A stretch of DNA of 63,998 nt, filler included, from Octopus bimaculoides (GCF_001194135.2; 7 parts of 6 records of this genome joined end to end with filler, not necessarily neighbours in it); one strand, 5' to 3'; positions 49,801-63,670 are shown, counted from the whole stretch's first letter. Translations and numbers: made by a program. The notes: generated from the letters alone by a model not told the origin.

Positions 49801-49833
49801 CAGGCTGTTTGATCTGTCCATGTTCGTTGTGGA
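49801..49833 (-). CDS. Candidate 33-bp symmetric micro-exon
   Basis: Acceptor TTTATTTATGTATTTCAATATTCTAG and donor CTG|GTAAGA; all three frames are open; no homology recognised. Confidence 0.2.
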
Positions 49834-50099
49834 CTAGAATATTGAAATACATAAATAAATAAAAATAAAAGTTTCAGCAATGAGGCAACTGTTCTTCTGT
49901 AGCCAGCAATTTAGGTTATTTACAGTTGCCCCAGTAACCGTTAGAATTTGTTCACGAAATTAACACCGTATGAACAATTACGTCGATGACCAACTGTGAC
50001 GATCGTTCAAGTAACTGGTTATCACTAAAATATCCGGGGAAAGCAGAATATCTGCCTTATGACATGAAACTGTTAGTCTTTTTTTATACTGCTAGCCAC

Positions 50100-50153
<54 letters not shown>

Positions 50154-50319
50154 NNNNNNNNNNNNNNNNNNNNNNNNNNNNNNNNNNNNNNNNNNNNNNN
50201 NNNNNNNNNNNNNNNNNNNNNNNNNNNNNNNNNNNNNNNNNNNNNNNNNNNNNNNNNNNNNNNNNNNNNNNNNNNNNNNNNNNNNNNNNNNNNNNNNNNN
50301 NNNNNNNNNNNATATGTGT

Positions 50320-50535
50320 GTGTGTGTGTGTGGGTGTCTATGCTTGTCCGCCTACCTTCACTTGACAACCGATGCTGGTGTGTTTACGTACCCGTAAGCT
50401 AGCGGTTCGACAAAAGGCTCTGATAGAATAAGTACTAGGTTTACAAAGAATAAGTCCCGGGGTCGATTTGTTCGACTAAAGGCAGTGCTCCAGCATGGCT
50501 GTAGTCAAATGACTGAAACAAGTAAATGAATAAAT
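50320..50535 (+). mobile_element. SINE type A, 3' half
   Basis: CTTGACAACCGATGCTGGTGTGTTTACG...GTAGTCAAATGACTGAAACAAG. Confidence 0.9.
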
Positions 50536-50794
50536 GAATGATATTTCGGACTCGCATCATAACAACGCAAAATATTTTAGAGCTGAAAGAACGGTAATTC
50601 CAGAGGCAAGTTCAATCCGTGACTGGCGGGAGGGGAGTGATGTAAGTAACGGTGGTTCGTTTCATGTATATACCATCAAGATGGCGGCAGTGTGCAGGCG
50701 AAGGTCCGGATGGATTTGGAGAACTTTCTGGTATATGGAGGACGTTTTCTTTCAACTGTCTTTAATCCTGCTCTCAACTATGGTCAAATTAATA

Positions 50795-50862
50795 GCGTGG
50801 CACCTTGGGCAACTGTCTTCTACTATGGCCTCAAGCTGAGCAAAGACTTGTAAGTGGATTTG
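50795..50862 (+). mobile_element. SINE type A core fragment
   Basis: GCGTGGCACCTTGGGCAACTGTCTTCTACTATGGCC...GTGGATTTGG. Confidence 0.8.
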
Positions 50863-50882
50863 GTATATATATATGTGTGTAT

Positions 50883-50936
<54 letters not shown>

Positions 50937-53900
50937 GGGAGAATGTACGAAAAAAAAACAACAGACGAGGACAGGTGGTGTAAACAACAAAAGGATGTGT
51001 TAGTTTGACGCTCGNNNNNNNNNNNNNNNNNNNNNNNNNNNNNNNNNNNNNNNNNNNNTTAATTAATTAANNNNNNNNNNNNNNNNNNNNNNNNNNNNNN
51101 NNNNNNNNNNNNNNAATACCATTAGATGTTGTATAGTATCAGGCAGGAAAACCTTGTAACATAACATGATTAAAAAGGAATGTATATACTTAGTGTCGAG
51201 AAAAAGGTTCTCGGGGAATAGTTTACTCCTGATTACCTCCTGTACAACTGGACTGCAACTGGGTGTCAAATGCTCAGCATATCAAAGAATCCTGTGCATA
51301 GGTAAGTTTACCGAAGTGACGAAACTGCTTAACTTGATGTGTGGCATAACTTGCACCCTTGACCGAGTTATCACGTTTTTTGAAGTTGAATTAAAATGCA
51401 TGAGTAACTAACTAATGATGACAGATTAAGAGCGAAACATATATTTAACTGTATTTCGCACTAGGTTAAAACGAAATTTAAACGTTATAAATCATACATC
51501 ATGTCTTTCTCCTCACTCCTTAATTATATCCTACTTGGTTTATTATGCACCCTGCTTTACAAGATATCGTAGTTCTCTGATGGTTAACATGACAAGAAAA
51601 TATTTTTAGAAAAGCATTAAGTGTACAAAGAAAGCCGATCTACACAGGTATTACATAATACACCTCTGCACACAAAGTAATTTTTACACAAACAAGGATA
51701 TATTAACCGAAGAATTGTTGCTTTGAGTGTACATATATAATTTTAAAGGAGTAGAGACATAAACAATGGACTTATAACACTATCAATACCTTCATGATTT
51801 TGTTTTTTGAAACAATATCTAGAATTGTAATACTCAATGTTCAAAGATTACATTCGATGCACAGGGAAGGATTGGAATATATTAGCTTACATTTCTTGCA
51901 GTTAAAATAAAAATATACCTGTTTCATTGATTCGTCTACACATTTGTGTGCATATCAATTGTATCCCAGTAAATATACAGAATATCAAAGGAATAATATA
52001 TGAATATACGTATATATGTGTGAGTATGGGGATATATATATATATANNNNNNNNNNNNNNNNNNNNNNNNNNNNNNNNNNNNNNNNNNNNNNNNNNNNNN
52101 NNNNNNNNNNNNNNNNNNNNNNNNNNNNNNNNNNNNNNNNNNNNNNNNNNNNNNNNNNNNNNNNNNNNNNNNNNNNNNNNNNNNNNNNNNNNNNNNNNNN
52201 NNNNNNNNNNNNNNNNNNNNNNNNNNNNNNNNNNNNNNNNNNNNNNNNNNNNNNNNNNNNNNNNNNNNNNNNNNNNNNNNNNNNNNNNNNNNNNNNNNNN
52301 NNNNNNNNNNNNNNNNNNNNNNNNNNNNNNNNNNNNNNNNNNNNNNNNNNNNNNNNNNNNNNNNNNNNNNNNNNNNNNNNNNNNNNNNNNNNNNNNNNNN
52401 NNNNNNNNNNNNNNNNNNNNNNNNNNNNNNNNNNNNNNNNNNNNNNNNNNNNNNNNNNNNNNNNNNNNNNNNNNNNNNNNNNNNNNNNNNNNNNNNNNNN
52501 NNNNNNNNNNNNNNNNNNNNNNNNNNNNNNNNNNNNNNNNNNNNNNNNNNNNNNNNNNNNNNNNNNNNNNNNNNNNNNNNNNNNNNNNNNNNNNNNNNNN
52601 NNNNNNNNNNNNNNNNNNNNNNNNNNNNNNNNNNNNNNNNNNNNNNNNNNNNNNNNNNNNNNNNNNNNNNNNNNNNNNNNNNNNNNNNNNNNNNNNNNNN
52701 NNATATATATGCAGGCATATATATGTTCGTGTACGTAAACACATATATATATATATACATAGAAACATACACACATGCATACATACATACACACATACAT
52801 ACATACATACATACATATATACATACATACATATATAGATCTGTGATAATGATTTCAGTTTCGTAACATATGTCTGCTGTTATTACAGATATTTTAGACG
52901 ATATGTTATAGAGTCTTGCTGTGCAACACTTACGGGGTATCACGTCTACTAGCTTTCTATCTCGTCCATCAACACTTTGGTCAATCAATCCTCTTTAGAA
53001 TTCTTTGTATCTCATATTAATTTCTTCCTCTAATCTGTAACCGTTAGAAGTATAATCAAGTTAATCTCAACTGGCTTTGCTATATTTAAGCGAAACTTAT
53101 CGGAAACGTAAAACGTTATCGGAATAATAAACCGCCAATGTCTGACTCATTGAAACGAGCTAATAAAATGCAATGCAAACTGCGTCATAGTTCTTTGTGT
53201 TTGTACATTTGTAGTGATTAGTGTGTTAGTTACATGATGGCGTTCAATTTGCGGCAAAAGATCAAGAGCGGCAGAGAATGAGATACACGTGTGTGCGTGT
53301 GTGTGTGTGTGTGTGCATATATATAAATATGCATATAAATGCACACGAACACACACACAGATATAGATTATATATATATATATATATATACAGCGAGAAA
53401 GACAGACAGAAGCAGAGATAGATAGATAGATAGATAGATATATAGATAGATAGATAAAGACGTGCTTGGATAGACATTCATGTATATTTTAACGTTCATT
53501 TATAATCCTTCGTACTATAGGCACAAGGCCTGACATTTGGGAGAGGTTGATCGTCTCTAACTTTGACTCCAGTGCTCAACTGGTACTTACTTTATCGATC
53601 CCAAATTTCCCATTTCAACACCTTATTATAAAACAATTATAATAAAAACAATTTTACATTCATCCAGAATAGAGTACGGAGTACGAATATATTATTCTTA
53701 AAGAAGAATATTATTGACAGTGATTTCAAAGTTTAGGCTCGCCAAGACATTGTCGAACTGCAGTCTGTCGATAATTTAAAATGCCGAATTTTCGAAATCA
53801 CTGTAAAATAACGTACCTGTTTAAGGCGTTGACCTGATTGAATTGTGAGCACATCAGGTCTTGCAATCTCCCCCGAAATTGCTGGTCTTGCACCAAAATT

Positions 53901-53937
53901 TGAAAGCAACAATATTCCAGTTTAGGGATGTGTGTGC

Positions 53938-54018
<81 letters not shown>

Positions 54019-54300
54019 AGTGTGCATACGCACAGAAGCACATGTCAATACGTACAAATAATTGTGTTCACGTTGTTTCATACACGTACTTCCATTCCAC
54101 GTTGAATTGCCCTCCTTTTTTTCCTATGACTCTTTACAACATTTCTAACCCTATATTGTTCCTCGCTGTGGCTCTCGGCATTCCAGGTGTTAATATTCGG
54201 GATCCTTACAATGTCCTATTATCACTAGATTTACTTGGAAATAAGATATTTATCGTTCGTAAACGCAAGGCAATTGTTACGATAACACAATAGCTACAAC

Positions 54301-54337
<37 letters not shown>

Positions 54338-54613
54338 GTGTGTGTGTGTGTGTGTATGTACGAAACTAGATATTTATCTCATCCCATGAATATATAATTT
54401 CGTGCTTGATATCAATTTTTTCATAATTATAACTCTCGGGTACTACTTATATCATGATTTCTTACCGTGTAATGGAAATGTAACTGACATACGTTTATCA
54501 AATACAGATAACGGAATCGCAATTGTATTTAATTAGATTTCAACCGTGCGTTACAGGTTTCGTACAAAACTATATGAAGATTCTGTATTATATAATAATA
54601 GATTCATAATAAA

Positions 54614-54947
54614 TTTCTACTCTACACACAAGGTGCGGAACTTTGTGGGAGGGGACCAGTCGATTAGATCGACTCCAGAACGCAACTGTTACTTAATTTC
54701 TCGACCCCAAAAGGATAAAAGACAAAGTCGATGTCTGTGGAATTTGAACTCTGAACATAAAAACAGACGAAATACCGTTACGTTCTGAATTCAAATGCCT
54801 CCAAGCTCGATTTTGCCTTTCATCCTTTCGGGGTCAGTTAAATGAGTACCGGTTATGCAAAGGGTGTCGATGTAATCAACTTAATCCCTTTGGCTATCCT
54901 TGTTTGTCACCTCTACGTTTAGCCTCATGTGAGCAATAAAAACATAG
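54614..54947. mobile_element. Head-to-head pair of truncated SINE type B copies
   Basis: A minus copy (54614-54778) abuts a plus copy (54774-54947); the two carry different tails. Confidence 0.8.
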
Positions 54948-54948
54948 G

Positions 54949-55740
54949 TGTTACTTTGGATGAACAATTGGAGTCCTATCCTGGCCGTTTTGTAGGGCGT
55001 TTCAAGTTGTATTAGACCGCTACCACCCTCCTATCGTGGGAGGTGATGTCTATCGACCTCTGACTTTGGGTGATGTATCTTGTTACTGCCAGCACATTTC
55101 CTAGTTTTTATGTTAATACGTTCGAGGACATTGAAATTCCAGTTCATGATATTATTGATTTACTGGACAATTGGTACCACAAGAGAGTTTATATATGCAA
55201 TTCTATTGTGATTGTTAAGCTCAATGTTCATATCCATTCTGACATGTCTAAAATATTCTTGCCTGACCTTTACTTTCATAAACCCTTGCTAAATTCCTAT
55301 TCCTTATTTTACACCAGGATACTTATAAACGCCTTCTTGATCCAAATACATAATGGTTATATCATTATTATCAAGTTCGGTTCCGGTATTAGCTGTCGGT
55401 GTACCGCATTTGAAAGTAAATTTTGTACAATTCTCTTGACGAAATTCCTTATTGATATGTTTTTTTTATTATTTTCAAAGTTACCAGTAGCACTTTAAGT
55501 TCCTTTTCAACTTTTACATATAATTTCAGATCTTTCATGTAGAATAAGTGTGAGAGTCATATTGTCTGATATATTCAAACTTTTTTCTTCGATGTGAATC
55601 AGTTTCGTGTTTCTCAGCCCCATACTATGTTGCAGAAAACTCTTTACGAAAGGAGAGCTCATGTAGATAGTGACTTTATGACACAGCTATGCGGAAAACA
55701 GTCAAACGCCTAACCCAGATAGCATTCCCATCACCATTCC
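54949..55740 (-). mobile_element. Dong/R4-clade LINE RT relic
   Basis: AFDCFPHSCVIKSL...SHLFYMKDLKLY (decayed YMDD)...YKYPGV...KIHHPKSEVDRHHLPR*EGGSGLIQLE, with stops and frameshifts. Confidence 0.92.
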
Positions 55741-57836
55741 AATCTCCTTCAAGATCTCTGTATTATAAAAATCAACTATAAGCGCAGGAGTGGTTTTGTG
55801 GTGAGTAAATTGTTTACCATCCACCTGCTTCCGGATGTCACATCTGAATGATCTGCGTTTCTACTGTCTGAACCATCCACTGTCCTGAAGGCGCATATTT
55901 CAGACTTTGTTATTAGAGAGGATTTTAATAAATCAACTGGTAGTTATTGTCGGTTTCCAAATAAACCACATTCAACATCAGGAGAAAAAACACTCTATAT
56001 ACTAGTCCGATATTTAGACGTCCTCCGTTGTTCAAATGCCTACCTGCAGAAATCAAAAATATAAAATCAATCTCTGCTGACACATTAAAAGCAAAATAGT
56101 GCGTAAACTAGCTCACCATTGAAGGAAACATTCTGGGTATCTCAGCTGCTACAAAATCAATCATAAACCAACATCCAGCCAAACAGCGACCAAGAAAATG
56201 AAAGGAAATATTTTAAGGTGATGCTCCACTATGGCTGCAGATGTCCGACGGATACCATTAGAAGGATAATAAAATAAAAGACTATATTGTGTCTCTATAT
56301 ATGTCTATATGTCTATGTATATTTATGTATACATATTTGTATATATAAGTGTAAATGCACATACACCTATGTATATGCACTCACGTATACGCTTGTGTGT
56401 GTGTGTGATTCTTTATTAATGAAAACGATCGCCTTCCACATTTTGCATTCATCCATCGCAGGTAAGATGCTATACAGTTGTTTATAGTGCAAACTTCGTT
56501 GGAGATGTGGTTCATCAGGTGCATGTGTATGTATGCATGCGTGCATGTATGTATGTATTTATGTATGCATGTATCAATTTGTAGTATAAGGTATGTATTC
56601 AGAGAACTGTGTGTCAATCGCATAAAGTATCTCTAACGGACTAGAATAACACTATTCGATTATATACATATGCATACACACATATACGCATACATGGATA
56701 CATTCAAGCATGGATACATACATGTATACACACAAGCATACATGTATATGCAACATCATAAAGTAAATAGCATATTTCTCGTGCGCTTAATGGTATGAAA
56801 TAAGTTTAATTTAAATTTGATATACCCAAGGAGCCATATACGAGAATTTTTATATTCAATACAAAAGGTTTGACACCTGCTTTGTGATTTGTCAGAAAGC
56901 AAGTGACAAAGTTCACATTATGGAGTCGTATTCGTTGGGATCGTAGCAGCTTTTCTTTAATTTCGCATTGAAAGAATTCATAATAAAATATGAAATATTG
57001 CAGAAATATAACCAGCTTTTAATTGCACATTTATATTGTGAGTATGTGAATTGTAACATATTACCTTAATTTTCCTCGCGGACGTTTGAAAACCGTTCCT
57101 TAATCTTTTGTCAGTTATTTCATTACTACCAAGAATCATAAATATTGAATGTTTTAATTCGCATATCTGTCTTCATTTTAACATGAATTACAGATATTCG
57201 CAACTCATGTGAATTGTAATTGTCACAGATATTGCCAAACACACCCGCTATACATGGGAGAAAGATTCAAAGTTGAAATACATCAAAATATATAGAGAAG
57301 CCAAATGCAATTGTGATAAAAAAAAAAAGCAAAAAAAAACAAAACAATAATCCTTTGTTAAGTGAAGGCTGGTTGTCAAAACAATTTCCTGTTTTAGTTC
57401 AAGAATAAGGTATGTAGCATTCAAATATTTAGCCACTAACACAATCACACAACTTAAAACACAGTTGGATATGAGTATAAATTTGCAATAAAGCAACCTT
57501 TTATTTTCTGTTGCAAATATATGATACAAGGGTGTCTGGTGAGTTGCCATTCGATTGTATCTATAAAATGATACATGTTGAGACTCTAGTTGACTATATA
57601 ATACAATAGTATAGCAATAACCTTTAGTTCGGATACAAGTCATATTTATCGTAAATTTCTTCAATGAGACATATAACAAATTAAAATAATTCTGCGGACG
57701 TTAAGGAGTTTCGGACGTCTAAAATATCGATCTCCGACTTATAGTTATAATCAATCAAATACACATGCTCACCAGCCTACATAAGGAGGTCTAAAGAACT
57801 AAGTATACATACTAATATATGTGTGTATATGTATGC

Positions 57837-57894
<58 letters not shown>

Positions 57895-57899
57895 TTAGG

Positions 57900-57987
57900 G
57901 CGAGTTCACATTCCATCAAGGTCGGATTTTCCTTTCATCCTTTCGGGATCGATTATATACGTACCAGTTACGGACTGGGGTCGTTGT
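57900..57987 (+). mobile_element. SINE type B fragment
   Basis: GGTCGGATTTTCCTTTCATCCTTTCGGGATCGAT...GTACCAGTTACGGACTGGGGTCG. Confidence 0.8.
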
Positions 57988-59914
57988 NNNNNNNNNNNNN
58001 NNNNNNNNNNNNNNNNNNNNNNNNNNNNNNNNNNNNNNNNNNNNNNNNNNNNNNNNNNNNNNNNNNNNNNNNNNNNNNNNNNNNNNNNNNNNNNNNNNNN
58101 NNNNNNNNNNNNNNNNNNNNNNNNNNNNNNNNNNNNNNNNNNNNNNNNNNNNNNNNNNNNNNNNNNNNNNNNNNNNNNNNNNNNNNNNNNNTATACATAT
58201 ATGTATATATTTCATTTCATTTCTTACTTGATATTCTTCGCTTATAAAATGACACTTATGTACATCGAACTAATGAGCGAATCGACGACAAATCAAACTA
58301 ATAACCTCTGGTCACTAGTAAACAAACACAGCGTTAAACAGCCTTATAAATCAAAGATGTGAACGGCGAAAATTATTTGCCAGTGTAAAATATATTTGTC
58401 ATACAGAATAAAACTGTACTTGTCACTAGCAGGAATTTGGTAGCTTCTGATCATATCAATCTACACCGGCGTCACATTTAGATATAACGTACCGATAGTA
58501 ATTTTCTTTTTCTATTTTGTTATCGGCTGGAAATTTAACAATAAAGGATACGTTCCTACGATTAAAAAAAGAAGACCATTGCTTTTTTCTATTTTTTTTT
58601 TCTTTCTGGCATATGTCTTTCAATAGTATTGTTATTTACATTTGCTATTCCTCATTTTTCATGACAATTCAATGCTGTGATAGTGTTTCGTGAGTCAGTA
58701 ACCATTCCGTATGTGAACGTCTTCGCAGGCATCTAAGAAAACGTGACTCGACTTCGTGATCCGTCATTCATTAAGAGGAGTGCAGAAGGTCTGAAAATAT
58801 TTGATTCCAAGTAAATCAAGATGGCTCCATATCAAACCAATGTTTCGGGTGCTGTTGATATTACACGATTTTTCTGTATTTTTGATTTTCTTTCTTTCTG
58901 TATTGAAAACAGTCTGAGAGAGGAAGAAAGAGACAGAAGATGAGAGATATACATGCAGTTTTGGTGTTAAACTGCACATACTGGGCCATAGAAATTAATC
59001 GTGACGTGTTGAACACGGAAAAATTCATTAGTAACTCATGACCCGAAAACAACAGTTTATTGAAAGAGAGAGAAAAGTACCCACAGAGGCGGGATACTAA
59101 ATTCAAATGAATCCATTTTTTTCTTTTTACAAGCGTATAATATCGTCGTTTAAAACATATTGTTTGAGAAAAAAAGGAATGCAACGATTGATGAAGATGC
59201 CGATGACGATACATAGGAGAAGGATGGGAGGAGGATGGAAGAAGGAGGAGGAGAATGAAGACGAAGATGACAACGACAATGACAATTATGATGTTGATGC
59301 TGATGATGACGACGATGATGATACAACGACTACGCCGTTGTGGATTGGTAATTTTTATGGTAACAATAATATAAATAATTATTGTTATTGTTGTTATTGT
59401 TGCTTTCATTTTTCTCATTTTTTTTGCTGTTGTTCTTGTTGCTCTTGTTATTATTAATATTGTCGTGATGGTTATTAGTTCAGAAATGTTACACTATACG
59501 ATACAAATATGTGTGTTTATTTATTTGTTAAACGGTTTTAAATTATTATTCCCCACGCAGACGCAATACTTCATATCGTCCACATTTCTTTTTTCGTACT
59601 TTATGCTCCAAATTCTTTTGTATTCTTTTGTATTCTTCCGACAACGTCACGACATGATGCTTACATTCAACTCACTGAATTTATCTAAGTGAATGCGAGC
59701 CACACAATTTATCTCAAGAAGTTCCGGTTCCACAAATGGATTATGACGATAGTAACACTTATGATAATGAGCAGTAGTAACAGAAACACCAATACCAACA
59801 GCAGGAGCACCGGCAGCAGTAGTAGCAGCAGCAGCAGAAGCAGCAGAAGCAGCAGCAGTAGTAGCAGCAGCAGTAGCAGTAGTAGTAGTAGTAGTAGTAA
59901 AAATAGTTATATCA

Positions 59915-60350
59915 ATGATAATGGTTTTAAATTTTGGCACAAGCCCAAGAATTTTGGGGGTGGGTGAATTACGATTATATCGATCCCAATGATATTTTAT
60001 GTATCGACATCCGAAAGGATAAAAAGTAAAGTCGACCTCGGCAGAATTTGAACCGAGAACAAGCAGACCACTAAAATTTCGATAAGCATTTTTGCCAGAC
60101 GTCCAAATGATCCTCCCAGCACGCCGCCTTAATAATAATAAGAAGAATGGTTTCAATTTTTTCCAAAAGGGTAGTAGTTTTGGGGAGAAGGTATGAGTCG
60201 ATTACATCGGCCTCAGTGTTAAACTGGTACTTAATTTGCCGACCCCTCAAAAGGTTGAAAGTTAAATTAGACCTCGTAGTGGGTGCGGGGACAAAACTCG
60301 CTAATCGGTTTGCCCGACGTGCTAATAATTGTGCCAGCTCGCTGCCTCAT
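59915..60350 (-). mobile_element. Two tandem degenerate SINE type B copies
   Basis: Type B motifs at about 59915-60132 and 60165-60348. Confidence 0.75.
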
Positions 60351-60444
60351 TATTATTAACGTTAACAATAATAATAATAATACTAATAATTATGATAATA
60401 CTAATAACCATAATAATAATAGAAATGCTAATAATAATAATATA

Positions 60445-60477
<33 letters not shown>

Positions 60478-60526
60478 TTATAATCATGATAATAATAATG
60501 ATAATAACCACAACAACAACAACAAC

Positions 60527-60556
<30 letters not shown>

Positions 60557-60557
<1 letters not shown>

Positions 60558-60916
60558 GAATATCTACAGACCTAGACTCCTTAGAGGAGGAAAAGTGGGA
60601 GGGGGTCAAGGTAGAAGATATAAGATCTGCTCTCGGGAGGTCAAGCAAATGGAAGTCTCCAGGAAAGGATAACATTTCTAACTTCCCAGAAAGCCATGAA
60701 CTGGTAACAAAACTTTACAACGATGTTTTGCAAAATCCTAGTGTGATGCCCTCTTGGCTAGTTAATGGTTTAACATTCCTGCTTCCAAAAAATGAGGAAA
60801 CAAACGAACCAAAAAATTATCGCCCCATAACCTGCTTAACAACAATGTATAAGACGCTAACATCTGTCCTAACCGAGTACACCTATAGTTTTTTAATAGA
60901 AAGTAGCACATTCCCT
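60557..60916 (+). mobile_element. Dong/R4-clade LINE RT N-terminal fragment
   Basis: Open frame EDIRSALGRSSKWKSPGKDNISNF...PSWLVNGLTFLLPKNEETNEPKNYRPITCLTTMYKTLT, truncated by a linker. Confidence 0.92.
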
Positions 60917-61382
60917 NNNNNNNNNNNNNNNNNNNNNNNNNNNNNNNNNNNNNNNNNNNNTTAATTAATTAANNNNNNNNNNNNNNNNNNNNNNNNNNNN
61001 NNNNNNNNNNNNNNNNACACACACATACACACACGTACACACATAGACACACTCATGCAGAAACGCGTACATGCGCACACACAAAGAAACATACATTCAC
61101 ATACACACACACACATATACACAAGCACAACCATACATATATATATGCATAGTCAGAAATACATCCGACAAACTTAATCGAAGGATTAAGACGACCCTAA
61201 TACCGTAATCATACAATACGTATTAAAATTGAATATATTTCTTTGTTTATTGTTTCTTGGTTTACTTGACCCTGAAGAGCTTAAGAAATAATTAGTTAGA
61301 GAGCAAGTGTTAATGTTTGTTTACGTGTGTATAACAAAAGTTTGTACACAGGCGTATACCTCTGCAAGTATGTATGTGCGTA

Positions 61383-61632
61383 TCAGAAATAGCAGCTAAA
61401 AAAGCTGAGAATCCCACAGATAGCATCACTTATAACTCACAAAGGCAAAAACAAGAAGAAAAAACAATGAAAACTAACCAATTCCGATGTTTAACAGTAG
61501 ACGCGTTTCTAGATCACGATTGATAATAATCAATTGGTTAGTTTTCATTGTTTTTTCTTCTTGTTTTTGCCTTTGTGAGTTACAAGTGATGCTATCTGTG
61601 GGATTCTCAGCTTTTTTAGCTGCTATTTCTGA
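61383..61632. repeat. Near-perfect foldback: 101-bp arms, 48-nt spacer
   Basis: 61383-61483 is the reverse complement of 61532-61632 with one mismatch. Confidence 0.95.
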
Positions 61633-62967
61633 ACTTCGGTATATGGTGAAGCAAATATTTGCTGATCCCTTAATTATATTTATAAATATATATGAGCTTT
61701 TAAATANNNNNNNNNNNNNNNNNNNNNNNNNNNNNNNNNNNNNNNNNNNNNNNNNNNNNNNNNNNNNNNNNNNNNNNNNNNNNNNNNNNNNNNNNNNNNN
61801 NNNNNNNNNNNNNNNNNNNNNNNNNNNNNNNNNNNNNNNNNNNNNNNNNNNNNNNNNNNNNNNNNNNNNNNNNNNNNNNNNNNNNNNNNNNNNNNNNNNN
61901 NNNNNNNNNNNNNNNNNNNNNNNNNNNNNNNNNNNNNNNNNNNNNNNNNNNNNNNNNNNNNNNNNNNNNNNNNNNNNNNNNNNNNNNNNNNNNNNNNNNN
62001 NNNNNNNNNNNNNNNNNNNNNNNNNNNNNNNNNNNNNNNNNNNNNNNNNNNNNNNNNNNNNNNNNNNNNNNNNNNNNNNNNNNNNNNNNNNNNNNNNNNN
62101 NNNNNNNNNNNNNNNNNNNNNNNNNNNNNNNNNNNNNNNNNNNNNNNNNNNNNNNNNNNNNNNNNNNNNNNNNNNNNNNNNNNNNNNNNNNNNNNNNNNN
62201 NNNNNNNNNNNNNNNNNNNNNNNNNNNNNNNNNNNNNNNNNNNNNNNNNNNNNNNNNNNNNNNNNNNNNNNNNNNNNNNNNNNNNNNNNNNNNNNNNNNN
62301 NNNNNNNNNNNNNNNNNNNNNNNNNNNNNNNNNNNNNNNNNNNNNNNNNNNNNNNNNNNNNNNNNNNNNNNNNNNNNNNNNNNNNNNNNNNNNNNNNNNN
62401 NNNNNNNNNNNNNNNNNNNNNNNNNNNNNNNNNNNNNNNNNNNNNNNNNNNNNNNNNNNNNNNNNNNNNNNNCTCGTTGGCTTCTAGAAGATTCCTAGGG
62501 TAACGCCTGGGAAACGTGTATGCGTTGGAAGTTTACAACTTGGAGGAACCCCATTCGTCTTCAGGTCTGAATTCAGTTGATTTCCTGGAGGGTGAAAAGA
62601 ATGAATGAAATTCAGTTCTAGAATTGAAGAATCAACTCTGCTACTTCACTGACACTTCAGTTAACAAGTCAGAAAGTGTGAAAGGCGAAGTTAACCTCGG
62701 CTGTAATTGAACCTGAAACACTCTAACAACACTACCCCTTCGTCACGTACATATACTTATACATGTTTACGCACATACATACATACGTCCATTCTTTGCT
62801 TTATCTGTTAATATTTTCTGTGCTAGTGTTACGGTAATGCTGGAGCAAAGCCTTGAATGGAAGGAATNNNNNNNNNNNNNNNNNNNNNNNNNNNNNNNNN
62901 NNNNNNNNNNNTTAATTAATTAANNNNNNNNNNNNNNNNNNNNNNNNNNNNNNNNNNNNNNNNNNNN

Positions 62968-63156
62968 GGTGGTGGTGGTGGTGGTGGTGGTGGTGGTAGT
63001 GGTGGTGATTGTGATGATGATAATGATAGTGATGGTGATGATGATGATGATGGCAGAAGAGTATGGAATGGAACTTGAAGCCAAAGATGCGAAAGAGGAG
63101 AGTTAGACTGCTAGACAAATACATGCAAATATATACATCCATACAAACATACATGC

Positions 63157-63189
<33 letters not shown>

Positions 63190-63382
63190 GAGTCAGAATG
63201 AGAGAGACAGGAAGAGAGTGCAACAGAGCAGGGGGGGACACACTGAGTGATTTCCAAATAGATATTTGATACTTTGATGGACGAGATGGACAGATAGATA
63301 TTTGGATGGATATATAGATGGATTGATTGATAAGTAGATAGAATGAAAGATAAGTAGATAGATAGCTAGCTAGATAGATAGG

Positions 63383-63448
<66 letters not shown>

Positions 63449-63670
63449 TCCAGATAGAGAAACAACGGTCAGATATACCAAGAGATGGATAGAGATATAG
63501 AGAGACAGACAGGTAGATACACAGATAAACGGAGTGACAGATAGACAGATAAATAAATAGGTAGACAGACTGAAAGACAGACAGACAGACATGAAGGCAG
63601 ACAGGCAGGAAGACAGGCAGGAAGACAGGCAGGAAGACAGGCAGGCAGACAAGCACCGAGGCAGACAGAT
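62968..63670. repeat. Compound GGT/GAT, (GATA)n and 12-mer GACAGGCAGGAA repeats
   Basis: Directly visible runs; they explain ORF 62912..63778. Confidence 0.9.

Noticed and set aside
51277-51306. Plus-strand 24-bp micro-exon before CATAG|GTAAGT
   Set aside because: Poor polypyrimidine tract; a lone strong donor is expected by chance.
62480-62525. Stem-loop followed by GAAACGTG, hammerhead-like
   Set aside because: No CUGAnGA core upstream of the stem.
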